Source: a virus. From it: DNA of 64,000 nucleotides. How positions within the stretch are numbered: the first letter of the stretch is position 1; every line of letters starts with the position of its first letter. The stretch lies in IMG/VR virus record IMGVR_UViG_3300027782_000044, positions 52,501-116,500 of that record; one strand, 5' to 3'. The position numbers were made by a program, and so were the translations under genes. The notes under the pieces are model-generated. The model was not told the origin of the DNA. It did not search any database and saw nothing but the letters and a program-made list of their open reading frames with translations. This document shows positions 20,445 through 28,348 of the stretch, in pieces.

Positions 20445-20648
20445 ATGAAAATAGAACATAATCTAAAATTCGTTACAGAATTTATGGAAGGTCATCCAGT
20501 AACTCGTCAAATAGAAATGCTTGATGAGCAATCACAAATTGAAATGCTAGAGGGTATGCTAAAGTCTTTAGTCGCACCACGCCTACAACCTATCCTTGAT
20601 GAGATAAATGCTAATGGCTCTTACGCAATTCTAAAGGTGGCAGAGTAA
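20445..20648 (+). CDS. Hypothetical early protein
   Basis: Follows promoter 20394. Confidence 0.65.
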   Translation: MKIEHNLKFVTEFMEGHPVTRQIEMLDEQSQIEMLEGMLKSLVAPRLQPILDEINANGSYAILKVAE

Positions 20649-20842
20649 TGATTAGGATTTATAAAGTAAATATGGAACACTCTTATATTGTAAAGACAAG
20701 TGACATAAATGAAGTCTTATTAAACTATGAGTTTCCAGACTTTACTGCTTGTGAGTCTTTAGATGAAAATAACTTTCCAGAATATATCAGTAGCGTAGTT
20801 GGATATGAAGAAATAACCGAAGAAGAATTGGAGAATATGTAA
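20648..20842 (+). CDS. Acidic hypothetical protein
   Basis: TAATG coupling. Confidence 0.6.
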   Translation: MIRIYKVNMEHSYIVKTSDINEVLLNYEFPDFTACESLDENNFPEYISSVVGYEEITEEELENM

Positions 20843-21108
20843 TGGGATACAATACAGCGTTAGATTTATCTAATGAATTAGATTTAGAGGTAGCACTAGG
20901 TTATCACTTACAGGGTAATCATTACCCTCCCGTCCCTCTTTCTATGGTACAGCCTTGTATCGATGCTATCGATGCTTATTATGATGAGGATTATAATAAG
21001 ATGATCGAAATGCCTGAAGGCGTATCTTATAAGGGTGACTCTTATGCGCCAGCGTGGGCTATTATCGAACAGCACCACTTAGACGCTTGGCTACCTGAAA
21101 GTGACTAA
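20842..21108 (+). CDS. Hypothetical early protein
   Basis: HLQGNHYPPVP...HHLDAW; TAATG coupling. Confidence 0.65.
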   Translation: MGYNTALDLSNELDLEVALGYHLQGNHYPPVPLSMVQPCIDAIDAYYDEDYNKMIEMPEGVSYKGDSYAPAWAIIEQHHLDAWLPESD

Positions 21109-21204
21109 GGTCACACAATAACTTTCTCAAATACTGAGATAGGGCTAGACTAATGTCAGACCCCAATGCTATACTACAACCCTAACAAAGAAAAGAGGCA
21201 ATAA

Positions 21205-21387
21205 ATGACAATCAACGACAAGTTGTACCAAGTGGGCGATTTATTCACCACACTAAAGTCAAAGAAAACTGGTGTGATTAAGGAAATCCACCCACAGGCA
21301 TCTGGCTCGGTGCGTGTGCTACTAGAAATGCCAACGAAAGAAACTCGTTGGACTTCAGTATCCGCTCAAACGCTACTAGGCGTATAA
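21205..21387 (+). CDS. Small SH3/KOW-like protein
   Basis: YQVGDLF..KTGVIKEI..VRVLL..RWT beta-barrel pattern. Confidence 0.55.
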   Translation: MTINDKLYQVGDLFTTLKSKKTGVIKEIHPQASGSVRVLLEMPTKETRWTSVSAQTLLGV

Positions 21388-21481
21388 TCTAAAGGCAGGG
21401 GGGTCGCAGAAATGTCAGACCCCCCTGCTATAATTACAACTTCACAAACCCACTAAACCCACTAACGAAAGAAGGCAACAA

Positions 21482-21904
21482 ATGGCTAGAAGCAAAGCAA
21501 TAAATGTAAAAATCGCAACAGTTAAAATCATCACCGCACTAGAAAGCGCACTCGCTAAACTAGAAAAAGATTATGCGGCACAAGCAACTAACGAAGCAAA
21601 GTATGAAAAGTCTATGGAAGTATGGCGTAAGGCTATTGGCAAATGGGCTATGGAACGCTGGGCTAAGGCTGAGGACATCAGAACTAACTACCGCTCTTGG
21701 AATAACCAGTTAAACATTGACTTTAACTTAACAACCAAAGAGGCAGACTTTCCTGCTGAACCTCAAAAGGACTATGAAACAATCCACTCTAGCACTTATC
21801 GTGAGTCTAAGAAGGAATTGGAAAACGCAATTCGTATTCTAAAGATGACAGATGAGGAAACAGTTAATACATCAACCTACAATGCGGTTGCTGAGTATCT
21901 CTAA
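21482..21904 (+). CDS. Hypothetical coiled-coil early protein
   Basis: Follows promoter 21413; ends ELENAIRILKMTDEETVNTSTY. Confidence 0.75.
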   Translation: MARSKAINVKIATVKIITALESALAKLEKDYAAQATNEAKYEKSMEVWRKAIGKWAMERWAKAEDIRTNYRSWNNQLNIDFNLTTKEADFPAEPQKDYETIHSSTYRESKKELENAIRILKMTDEETVNTSTYNAVAEYL

Positions 21905-21913
21905 ATAAACCAA

Positions 21914-21952
21914 CGACCTGAGTATGTCGCCAAACTGCTCTCCCTTCGGGGA
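21914..21952 (+). ncRNA. Putative small H-type pseudoknot RNA element (copy 1) plus UUCG hairpin
   Basis: CGAC-CTGAGTAT-GTCG stem; loop GAGTA pairs with downstream TGCTC; followed by TCCC-TTCG-GGGA. Confidence 0.5.
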
Positions 21953-21975
21953 CAACTACTAACAAAGGCAACAAA

Positions 21976-22230
21976 ATGAAAAATCGTTTCAGAGTAGAAA
22001 TCTATGATGAGAACAAGTTAAATGATGTAACAATTTATTCAGAGCAAGGCGTTGATAAGGAATACTTAACTGAATTAGCATTCTCTAATCGCCGTAACTT
22101 CTTTGGTGATGTTCGTGCTTATGTGTATGATACATTGAAGAAGACTAAGACAACTGCTCTTTACCTCCCGTCCGAAGTTATTAACTTCAATCGCAAAAAC
22201 CAATTAACTAGGGATGAGTTAGGTCTGTAA
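21976..22230 (+). CDS. Hypothetical early protein
   Basis: AAAGG RBS; 84 aa ORF. Confidence 0.65.
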   Translation: MKNRFRVEIYDENKLNDVTIYSEQGVDKEYLTELAFSNRRNFFGDVRAYVYDTLKKTKTTALYLPSEVINFNRKNQLTRDELGL

Positions 22231-22430
22231 AGATCTAACACTGGCTGCATATCCTGCAGCTGGCCCGTAAAGGTAAGGGGTTATCCACAGGTTTACGGGA
22301 GCCTGTGGAAAACCCTGGAATTTTGTGAGATTAATCACATGGATCAATTCGGACATATTGTATCTAATCATAGACAATGTCAGTGGCACCTGTTATACTT
22401 ATGACTAATCAAACGAAAGGTAAAAAATAT

Positions 22431-23438
22431 ATGGCTCACAATCTAGAAATGGAAAACGGCGAAGTTGCTTTCGCTCTCCGTGGCTCACCTGCTTGGCACA
22501 ACCTAGCAAATCGCATCTTCACAAAAGATGAAGAAGTTACTACCGCCCTAATGCTTGAAGAAGCAAAGTTGGCAAATTGGAATGTTCGTCTATCTCCAAT
22601 CACTGAGCACATTCCAGAATCTTGGAATGATGTATCTACAGCATCTCTTGTCATTCGTGACAATCCATTCAATAATGGAACTGATGTTCTTGCCACTGTT
22701 GGCAAGCGTTACAAGCCTGTACAGAATGAAGAGTTATTCGCATTCGCTGATGCTATTCATGATGCGAACGCTGATTGCCGTTGGGAATCTGCTGGCTCAT
22801 TAAAAAAGGGTAAAGTAGTTTTTGGCACTGTTGATATTCCTCGCACAATGGTTCTTGACCCACAAGGCGCCAATGATGAAACTAAACTCTATTTAATTGT
22901 ATGGACATCACATGACGGGTCAGTTGCTGTTCAGGCTGCTGTTACTCCTGTTCGTGTTGTATGCCAAAACACATTGAATCTTGCTATGCGTAACGCTAAG
23001 CAATCATTCAAGATTCGCCACACGCAATCTGTTGAAGGTCGCATTCAAGTTGCTCGTGAAACTCTTGGGCTTGCTCTTGGTTACTTTGATGAATTCGAGA
23101 AAGAGGCGCAAGCACTTTATTCTCAGGCAATTACTGATGCTGAATTCTCAAAGTTGATTCACACAATTTATCCAAAGCCTGCTGATGATGCTTCTAAGGT
23201 TGCGCTAACTAAATGGGAGAATAAAGTTGTTCTCCTTGATGACCTTTATCATAACTCACCAACTAACGCTAACATCAAGGGAACTAAATGGGGTGCGTTT
23301 AACGCTCTCACCGAACGCCTTGACTACTATCGCTCAGGTCGCGGAAATTCTGAAACGCTTATGGCTGGCGCATCAGGATTTGACCCAGTGCTAACCGCAG
23401 AAAAAAATAAAATTAAGAAATTAATTTCTGCGTTCTAA
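22431..23438 (+). CDS. DUF932-family phage/plasmid protein
   Basis: MAHNLE..PAWH.L, YKPVQNEE, ESAGSL..GKVVF, SHDGS, TPVRVVCQNTL, IRHT and GTKWGAFNALTE motifs; start after the GAAAGG RBS. Confidence 0.9.
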   Translation: MAHNLEMENGEVAFALRGSPAWHNLANRIFTKDEEVTTALMLEEAKLANWNVRLSPITEHIPESWNDVSTASLVIRDNPFNNGTDVLATVGKRYKPVQNEELFAFADAIHDANADCRWESAGSLKKGKVVFGTVDIPRTMVLDPQGANDETKLYLIVWTSHDGSVAVQAAVTPVRVVCQNTLNLAMRNAKQSFKIRHTQSVEGRIQVARETLGLALGYFDEFEKEAQALYSQAITDAEFSKLIHTIYPKPADDASKVALTKWENKVVLLDDLYHNSPTNANIKGTKWGAFNALTERLDYYRSGRGNSETLMAGASGFDPVLTAEKNKIKKLISAF

Positions 23439-23444
23439 ATAAAA

Positions 23445-23473
23445 TAAATCCTGAGCAAGATTTAAAACTGCTC
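23445..23473 (+). ncRNA. Putative small H-type pseudoknot RNA element (copy 2)
   Basis: TAAATC-CTGAGCAA-GATTTA stem, AAAC linker, then TGCTC pairing with loop GAGCA. Confidence 0.5.
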
Positions 23474-23485
23474 ACAATTTTTCTT

Positions 23486-23562
23486 GGTCCATTAGCTCAG
23501 TTGGTTAGAGCGCTACCCTGTCACGGTAGAGGTCGACGGTTCAAGTCCGTTATGGATCGCCA
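23486..23562 (+). tRNA. tRNA-Asp (GUC)
   Basis: Canonical cloverleaf; CTACC-CTGTCAC-GGTAG anticodon arm; encoded CCA. Confidence 0.95.
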
Positions 23563-23663
23563 AGCGCCCTCAATGCTAAGGGGGCAAAAAGTGTGTTACG
23601 AGTCACAAAGAAATTCCCTGGAATCTATTGTAAATGTCAGTGGGCTCCTGTATAATTCTCTTC

Positions 23664-24338
23664 ATGACCAACGAACTAGTATCAAGTAAATATACTTTTG
23701 TCTGTGACCCAGATGAATGCGATTGCTTAATAGAACTAACATCATCTGATGGATTTGGATTCCCATCAGGTGTGACTCAACTCACATGCCCGTGTGGCCG
23801 TAAGACCACATTAGTGTCAGTGGAGCATGCTACAATTACATCCTTAAACCAAACGAAAGAAGGAAATACAATGGACGGAATGACAGTAGAAAATCTACCG
23901 CTATCAGATTCAGAGAAGTACAACCCTGACCTATTAGTTACATATAAGGTTATCCGTGGATTCTCGGATGAAACATATGAAACAGATAAGGTTCGCAACA
24001 TTGAATGGGAACTACATAATGCTAGAACTAATTCTAAAGCAGTTTCTTCTCTCCAAAATAAGATTAGCGTAGTTAAAGATATTATTTCTGAGGCATATGC
24101 TGATTCGGAAGACCAAGAAACACTGCAGGCAATTGCCGAGGCACTTGAGATTGAATTAGTTAAGGAAATTGAATGGAGCGCATCTATTGAAGTTAGCGGA
24201 ATTATTACCGTTAATCTACTTGAAGATACTCACTTTGATTTAGATTCAGAAATTGAAGATGCTCTTTATGCTGATTCACATAATGGCAACATTGAAGTTG
24301 TTGACCAAGAAATCTGTAATGTAAGAGAGAACTGCTAA
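23664..24338 (+). CDS. Hypothetical protein with N-terminal Zn knuckle; probable internal in-frame start at 23871
   Basis: CDPDEC..CPCG; internal promoter at 23815 and an RBS precede MDGM. Confidence 0.65.
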   Translation: MTNELVSSKYTFVCDPDECDCLIELTSSDGFGFPSGVTQLTCPCGRKTTLVSVEHATITSLNQTKEGNTMDGMTVENLPLSDSEKYNPDLLVTYKVIRGFSDETYETDKVRNIEWELHNARTNSKAVSSLQNKISVVKDIISEAYADSEDQETLQAIAEALEIELVKEIEWSASIEVSGIITVNLLEDTHFDLDSEIEDALYADSHNGNIEVVDQEICNVRENC

Positions 24339-24541
24339 TGTATTTTGAACTTACCGCTCCTAATAGGCTCTCCATGGAGAGGGCCTATTGGGATGCAGAA
24401 ATAAATGGACTAGACCCGCAGCGTATGGCTCCATTGACATTCAACATTGGAACTGGTAGTATTGAGAAAGTAAGTCGCTTACGAGATAAGTATAACTTAA
24501 CTGAATCATACATATCAGACTACGAAACAACAGGCTACTAA
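24338..24541 (+). CDS. Hypothetical protein
   Basis: TAATG coupling. Confidence 0.65.
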   Translation: MYFELTAPNRLSMERAYWDAEINGLDPQRMAPLTFNIGTGSIEKVSRLRDKYNLTESYISDYETTGY

Positions 24542-24693
24542 GGAGAAATTATGTCAGAGTATAAAGATGGTTGGGCAGATGGATATAAATTTGCTCGTGA
24601 AGAAATTATGGAGAAATTGTCAGAGATTGATATCAACGACATTGACTCTTGGATTCTTGACCGTCTATCTGAGATGATTGAGGGAGGAAAGCT

Positions 24694-24903
24694 ATGACAA
24701 CGGAAGATCTAACAAGATGGATAGCATGCGACCAATGTGGCACTGCTCAAGCAATGTATATGGTTAAACTAGTAGAAGGTCAACTTTTCTTCTGCGGGCA
24801 CCATTACAATGCAAGCAAGCGTGGCCTTGACAAGGTCTCATATGAAGTGGTAGAATTAAATAAAAAGGAAGAACTAATACCTCAACTAGAAACGGCGGAA
24901 TAA
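24694..24903 (+). CDS. Small Cys/His zinc-binding protein of actinobacterial type
   Basis: CDQCG..AMYMV..LFFCGHH. Confidence 0.7.
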   Translation: MTTEDLTRWIACDQCGTAQAMYMVKLVEGQLFFCGHHYNASKRGLDKVSYEVVELNKKEELIPQLETAE

Positions 24904-24904
24904 A

Positions 24905-25270
24905 ATGGGCGACAGAGCAAACTTTGGATTCAGAGATTCCAAGGAGAATGTACTATTTCTATATGGACACTGGGCTGGATATAATATGCTAGCCAAGTTG
25001 GCCAATGCTGTGCAGGCTGCAGAGCCTCGCTGGCAGGATGAATCATATGCAACACGTATTGCTATATCTAATCTAATTGGAGAAGACTGGACTGAAAAAA
25101 CAGGCTGGGGTATCTACATTAATCAATTAGGAGATAATGAGCATAAGGTGCCTGTTATTGATTGGGCCAACCAAACGTTTACATTGTATGAAGAGGACCT
25201 GAGCACAGTAGTGTTTACTTCGTCCCTCGCAGCATTCGTAGACAAATACAGTCGACTAGTTATGGTATAA
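24905..25270 (+). CDS. Conserved actinophage hypothetical protein
   Basis: MGDRANF..LYGHWAG..RWQDESYATRI. Confidence 0.75.
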   Translation: MGDRANFGFRDSKENVLFLYGHWAGYNMLAKLANAVQAAEPRWQDESYATRIAISNLIGEDWTEKTGWGIYINQLGDNEHKVPVIDWANQTFTLYEEDLSTVVFTSSLAAFVDKYSRLVMV

Positions 25271-25393
25271 TAGTATCAGGACTTTGGTCCTGGTTTTAAT
25301 ATAGAAATGAAATGGTGCGTCTATTAGTCTATGGGCCAGGCGCTAAGTAAAGCGGTTTATTTCTTTCGTTGGAAATCAGCAGCCATATTCATA

Positions 25394-25424
25394 CCCCCCA
25401 GCTTTTAGCTGGGGGTTTCTTTTT
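25394..25424 (+). terminator. Intrinsic terminator
   Basis: CCCCCAGC-TTTTA-GCTGGGGG followed by TTTCTTTTT. Confidence 0.8.
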
Positions 25425-25599
25425 GCCCGCAAAGACTTGAGGGTAGCATATTGTTCTTACGACTGTCAAATATATTTCCCAGGAATTTGTGTGATCTTGA
25501 CCACAAAGCTGAATAATGTGGCATGTATCACATGCCAATTCTATTCCATTTGTCAGTGGTCCATTGTATAATTGGAACATATCAACGAAAGGATATAAA

Positions 25600-26334
25600 A
25601 TGCCAAATTGGGTATTTAATGGATTAACTATTGAAGGTAATCCTGAGCAAGTAAAATCTCTAATCAAGCAAATGAATAAGCCATTTGTTTATTCTATCAC
25701 TGCAGTAGGTGATTTGTCATATGATGTTAAGCAGACTAAGTATGTTAATCCTATCTTTGCTTTTCATAATATCTATAACTATAGAGATGCTGGTATTACT
25801 GATGAGGTATATCATGGACAGCCTCCTCGTTCCACCGATTTTTCTCAGGCAATGAAGTTTGAAACCAATGACTGGTACAACTTCAATGTGCGTGAGTGGG
25901 GAACCAAATGGGATGTTGCTGTAGCCGAGGATAATGTTTATCCTGACACAACTATTGAAGAAGCCGAGAACGGTGAGAACTATGTAGTCCATTACAACTT
26001 TAACACTGCATGGTCACGACCTCTTGGTGCTATATCTAAACTATCTGCACAATACCCAACACTACTATTTACTTTATCATATGAAGAAGAAACAGGTTGG
26101 GGTGGAGAAATGGAATTCCTCCGTGGTGAAGTTATCTCAGAATCAGAATACGATAACATGTGCCGTGATTGTGATGCAACTGACCAAATGGAATACTGCG
26201 ACAATGATTGCGGTGAAATCTGTAGCAACTGCAACTGGCTTGGCGAGGCAGACCTAGAGGCTGTCGCAATTTGTCAGACCCATAAGATATACTTAGACAC
26301 TAAAGTACCCGAATATAGAAAGGCGGAAGCATAA
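25600..26334 (+). CDS. DUF1281/YubB ferredoxin-like domain protein
   Basis: MPNWVFNGLTI, WYNFNVREWGTKWDV, FNTAWSRP and Cys-rich C-terminus. Confidence 0.8.
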   Translation: MPNWVFNGLTIEGNPEQVKSLIKQMNKPFVYSITAVGDLSYDVKQTKYVNPIFAFHNIYNYRDAGITDEVYHGQPPRSTDFSQAMKFETNDWYNFNVREWGTKWDVAVAEDNVYPDTTIEEAENGENYVVHYNFNTAWSRPLGAISKLSAQYPTLLFTLSYEEETGWGGEMEFLRGEVISESEYDNMCRDCDATDQMEYCDNDCGEICSNCNWLGEADLEAVAICQTHKIYLDTKVPEYRKAEA

Positions 26335-26546
26335 TGGAACCATTTACAGATACAGTAGGAGAACATATCCTTGGAGCAATTCAAGTAGATATTGAGCAAC
26401 ATCTCTTTGAACAATGGAATGATAAGAATTTAGATGAGGGTAGCGATTATGCTGAATATATGTTCATGCAATTTGCTCCTGATAACTTAAAACAATCATA
26501 CAATGAGTATTATGGTTATATTGAAGGAGATGATTTCTGCTTATGA
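26334..26546 (+). CDS. Acidic hypothetical protein
   Basis: TAATG coupling. Confidence 0.6.
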   Translation: MEPFTDTVGEHILGAIQVDIEQHLFEQWNDKNLDEGSDYAEYMFMQFAPDNLKQSYNEYYGYIEGDDFCL

Positions 26547-27054
26547 TTACCAGCCAAGAACTAATTGATTATATCTATGATGACAACTTAATCCATTTTG
26601 ACGACAGAGATACATCAGATGATTGTGATTGTCACATTCATATAACATTAAACACTATGGTTAAATATATGGAGGCAATTGAATGCTAGGTTATACTAAA
26701 ACAGATCTTGATGAGATGATTAACTCAGTACATGATGCTAAGTTATTTTATCTTAGGACCCCGTCCGATTTAATGGACAAGTCATTATTAACTGAAGGTT
26801 TGTTAAAAACAAATGATTTCCTCCAGGGGTTATGGGCGGAGGGTTACTTTGACTAAGTCATCACACTTCATAGAATATATGAAGATACATTTAATTAGTC
26901 TTAACCAGGATTTAGAGGATGCAAGAAACAATGAACCTTTAGATGAAGATGAATATTGGGAATCAGATTCATTCTATATGGGAGCAATTGACGCAACCGA
27001 ACATTTATTGTCAGTGGCAACTGATATAATGATTAATAACGAAAGGGTATATTA

Positions 27055-27327
27055 ATGAACTCAGAAGACATTGGGCTCCCGCCCCATTTGCAACGCTTGG
27101 TCAATGCAGGTGTTAGTGGATTAGATATAATGCACGGTGAACTAAAGAATCTAATGCTAATTGCCGAGCAGGAACTAGCAGACGCAATTGAACGGGAAGA
27201 AGAGTCAGGCGAGGCTATGGACTCTATGGTCCGTACAGAATGCGAAGGCGCACTAGATACCTTGGTTTTACTATACCAACTAACATACGACCTATCATTT
27301 GCGATTGGAGCACGAGATGAAGCCTGA
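27055..27327 (+). CDS. Hypothetical protein
   Basis: Follows promoter 27009 and the GAAAGG RBS. Confidence 0.7.
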   Translation: MNSEDIGLPPHLQRLVNAGVSGLDIMHGELKNLMLIAEQELADAIEREEESGEAMDSMVRTECEGALDTLVLLYQLTYDLSFAIGARDEA

Positions 27328-27631
27328 CGATAAAGATAAACTAAACAAGTGTTTAGAGATTCTAGACAGCACTGACCTAGGTCTATCATTAGTTTGGCTA
27401 TGGACATGGTCAACAATTAATAACATCCTAGAGGATGACACCTATGTTGCCAAGGTAACCCAAGATGACATGTGGAACCACCTGTGTGAGGCTGTGGAGG
27501 CTGGACAAGGCTTCTCCTTGGAATGGGGCGCCGAACAACATCAGGAAGAAGTTTTAGATTGGATGATGAACAGGGATTACATCGTAGACCCTGATGATGA
27601 GGAAGAGGAGGACGAAGATGAAGATGAGTGA
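27317..27631 (+). CDS. Hypothetical protein with acidic tail
   Basis: GGAG RBS; ends DDEEEEDEDEDE. Confidence 0.65.
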   Translation: MKPDDKDKLNKCLEILDSTDLGLSLVWLWTWSTINNILEDDTYVAKVTQDDMWNHLCEAVEAGQGFSLEWGAEQHQEEVLDWMMNRDYIVDPDDEEEEDEDEDE

Positions 27632-27757
27632 TAAGTACTTAAACGATCAACTTAGTAAAGCCCAAAAGCTTTTGTGGGGTGGGTCCGAAACAGAAAACAT
27701 CGAGGCCCATAACATCATTGCTAAACTAATTAAAGAAAAGATAGAACAGGTGGAACT

Positions 27758-27940
27758 ATGAGTAAAGAGTTTAAAGTCTATGGAGACATTATTCAGGAGT
27801 ACTACATTGTAGTAGAAGCCAAAGATAGTGATGAAGCATGGTACAAAGCAGTAGCCACACCTAAAAAGGAATGGAAAAAGGGTACCACTCGCAAGGACAA
27901 GATAGAACCTTATCAAGTAGAAGAACTAACAACTGAATAA
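27758..27940 (+). CDS. Hypothetical protein
   Basis: VEAKDSDEAW motif; RBS present. Confidence 0.6.
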   Translation: MSKEFKVYGDIIQEYYIVVEAKDSDEAWYKAVATPKKEWKKGTTRKDKIEPYQVEELTTE

Positions 27941-28086
27941 AGATAGGTTGGGCCGTTATGGACAATTCGGACATAACGGTCATAATCTAAGGGCACGGGC
28001 AAAAATATTGCTTTACGTACCCTATTTACAAATCCCCGAAATTCATATATAATATATATAACAAAGATCTAGAAAGGATCAAACAA

Positions 28087-28236
28087 ATGACAACATCAAC
28101 AACAACTCGTGAATACCTAAAGACCCAGGGCATTGCTGTGGGCAAGCGTGGTCGCTTCTCAGCTGCAGCTCTAGGAGTTATCAGCAAGGCTGTGCAAGAC
28201 GGAGTAGTCTTCTCAGACAAGAAGAACGCCAAGTAA
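28087..28236 (+). CDS. Lsr2-like DNA-binding-domain-only mini protein (49 aa)
   Basis: Not in the ORF track. MTTSTTTREYLKTQGIAVGKRGRFSAAALGVISKAVQDGVVFSDKKNAK; GAAAGGA RBS; RGR AT-hook in an Lsr2-like context. Confidence 0.7.
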   Translation: MTTSTTTREYLKTQGIAVGKRGRFSAAALGVISKAVQDGVVFSDKKNAK

Positions 28237-28348
28237 TAAACTAAGTGTGGGGACCCTCCTCTCGTGGGAAACGGGAAAGGGGAGGGTCCTCGCTTCATTT
28301 ACAAATGTCAGTGGTCAATGGTATAATCAAAACGAAAGGCGGAACTCA

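Larger units (their letters stand above)
17505..22312. promoter_or_regulatory. Paired DnaA boxes in three intergenic cassettes
   Basis: TTATCCACA at 17505, 20302, 20323, 22281; inverted one-mismatch TGTGGAAAA at 17528 and 22304. Confidence 0.7.
16365..25532. promoter_or_regulatory. Cluster of CRP/GlxR-type palindromes TGTGA-N6-TCACA
   Basis: Perfect copies at 16390, 16644, 17549, 18971, 20345, 22324, 23771; one-mismatch copies at 16365, 17978, 21100, 23592, 25490, 25517. Confidence 0.75.
16440..28327 (+). promoter_or_regulatory. 14 dispersed promoters TGTCAG-N10-TANNNT (PafBC/RecA-NDp-like)
   Basis: Copies start at 16440, 16698, 17604, 18032, 19035, 20394, 21154, 21413, 22378, 23635, 23815, 25551, 27009, 28306. 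All have exactly 10 nt to the -10, and most are followed by AACGAAAG(G) and an ATG. Confidence 0.85.

Noticed and set aside
23501-23689. 62-aa ORF
   Set aside because: It overlaps tRNA-Asp and a promoter cassette.
18031-25599. ORF-track starts at 18031, 22377, 23634 and 25516
   Set aside because: These ATGs lie inside the ATGTCAG promoter motif or a CRP site; better starts follow at 18085, 22431, 23664 and 25600.
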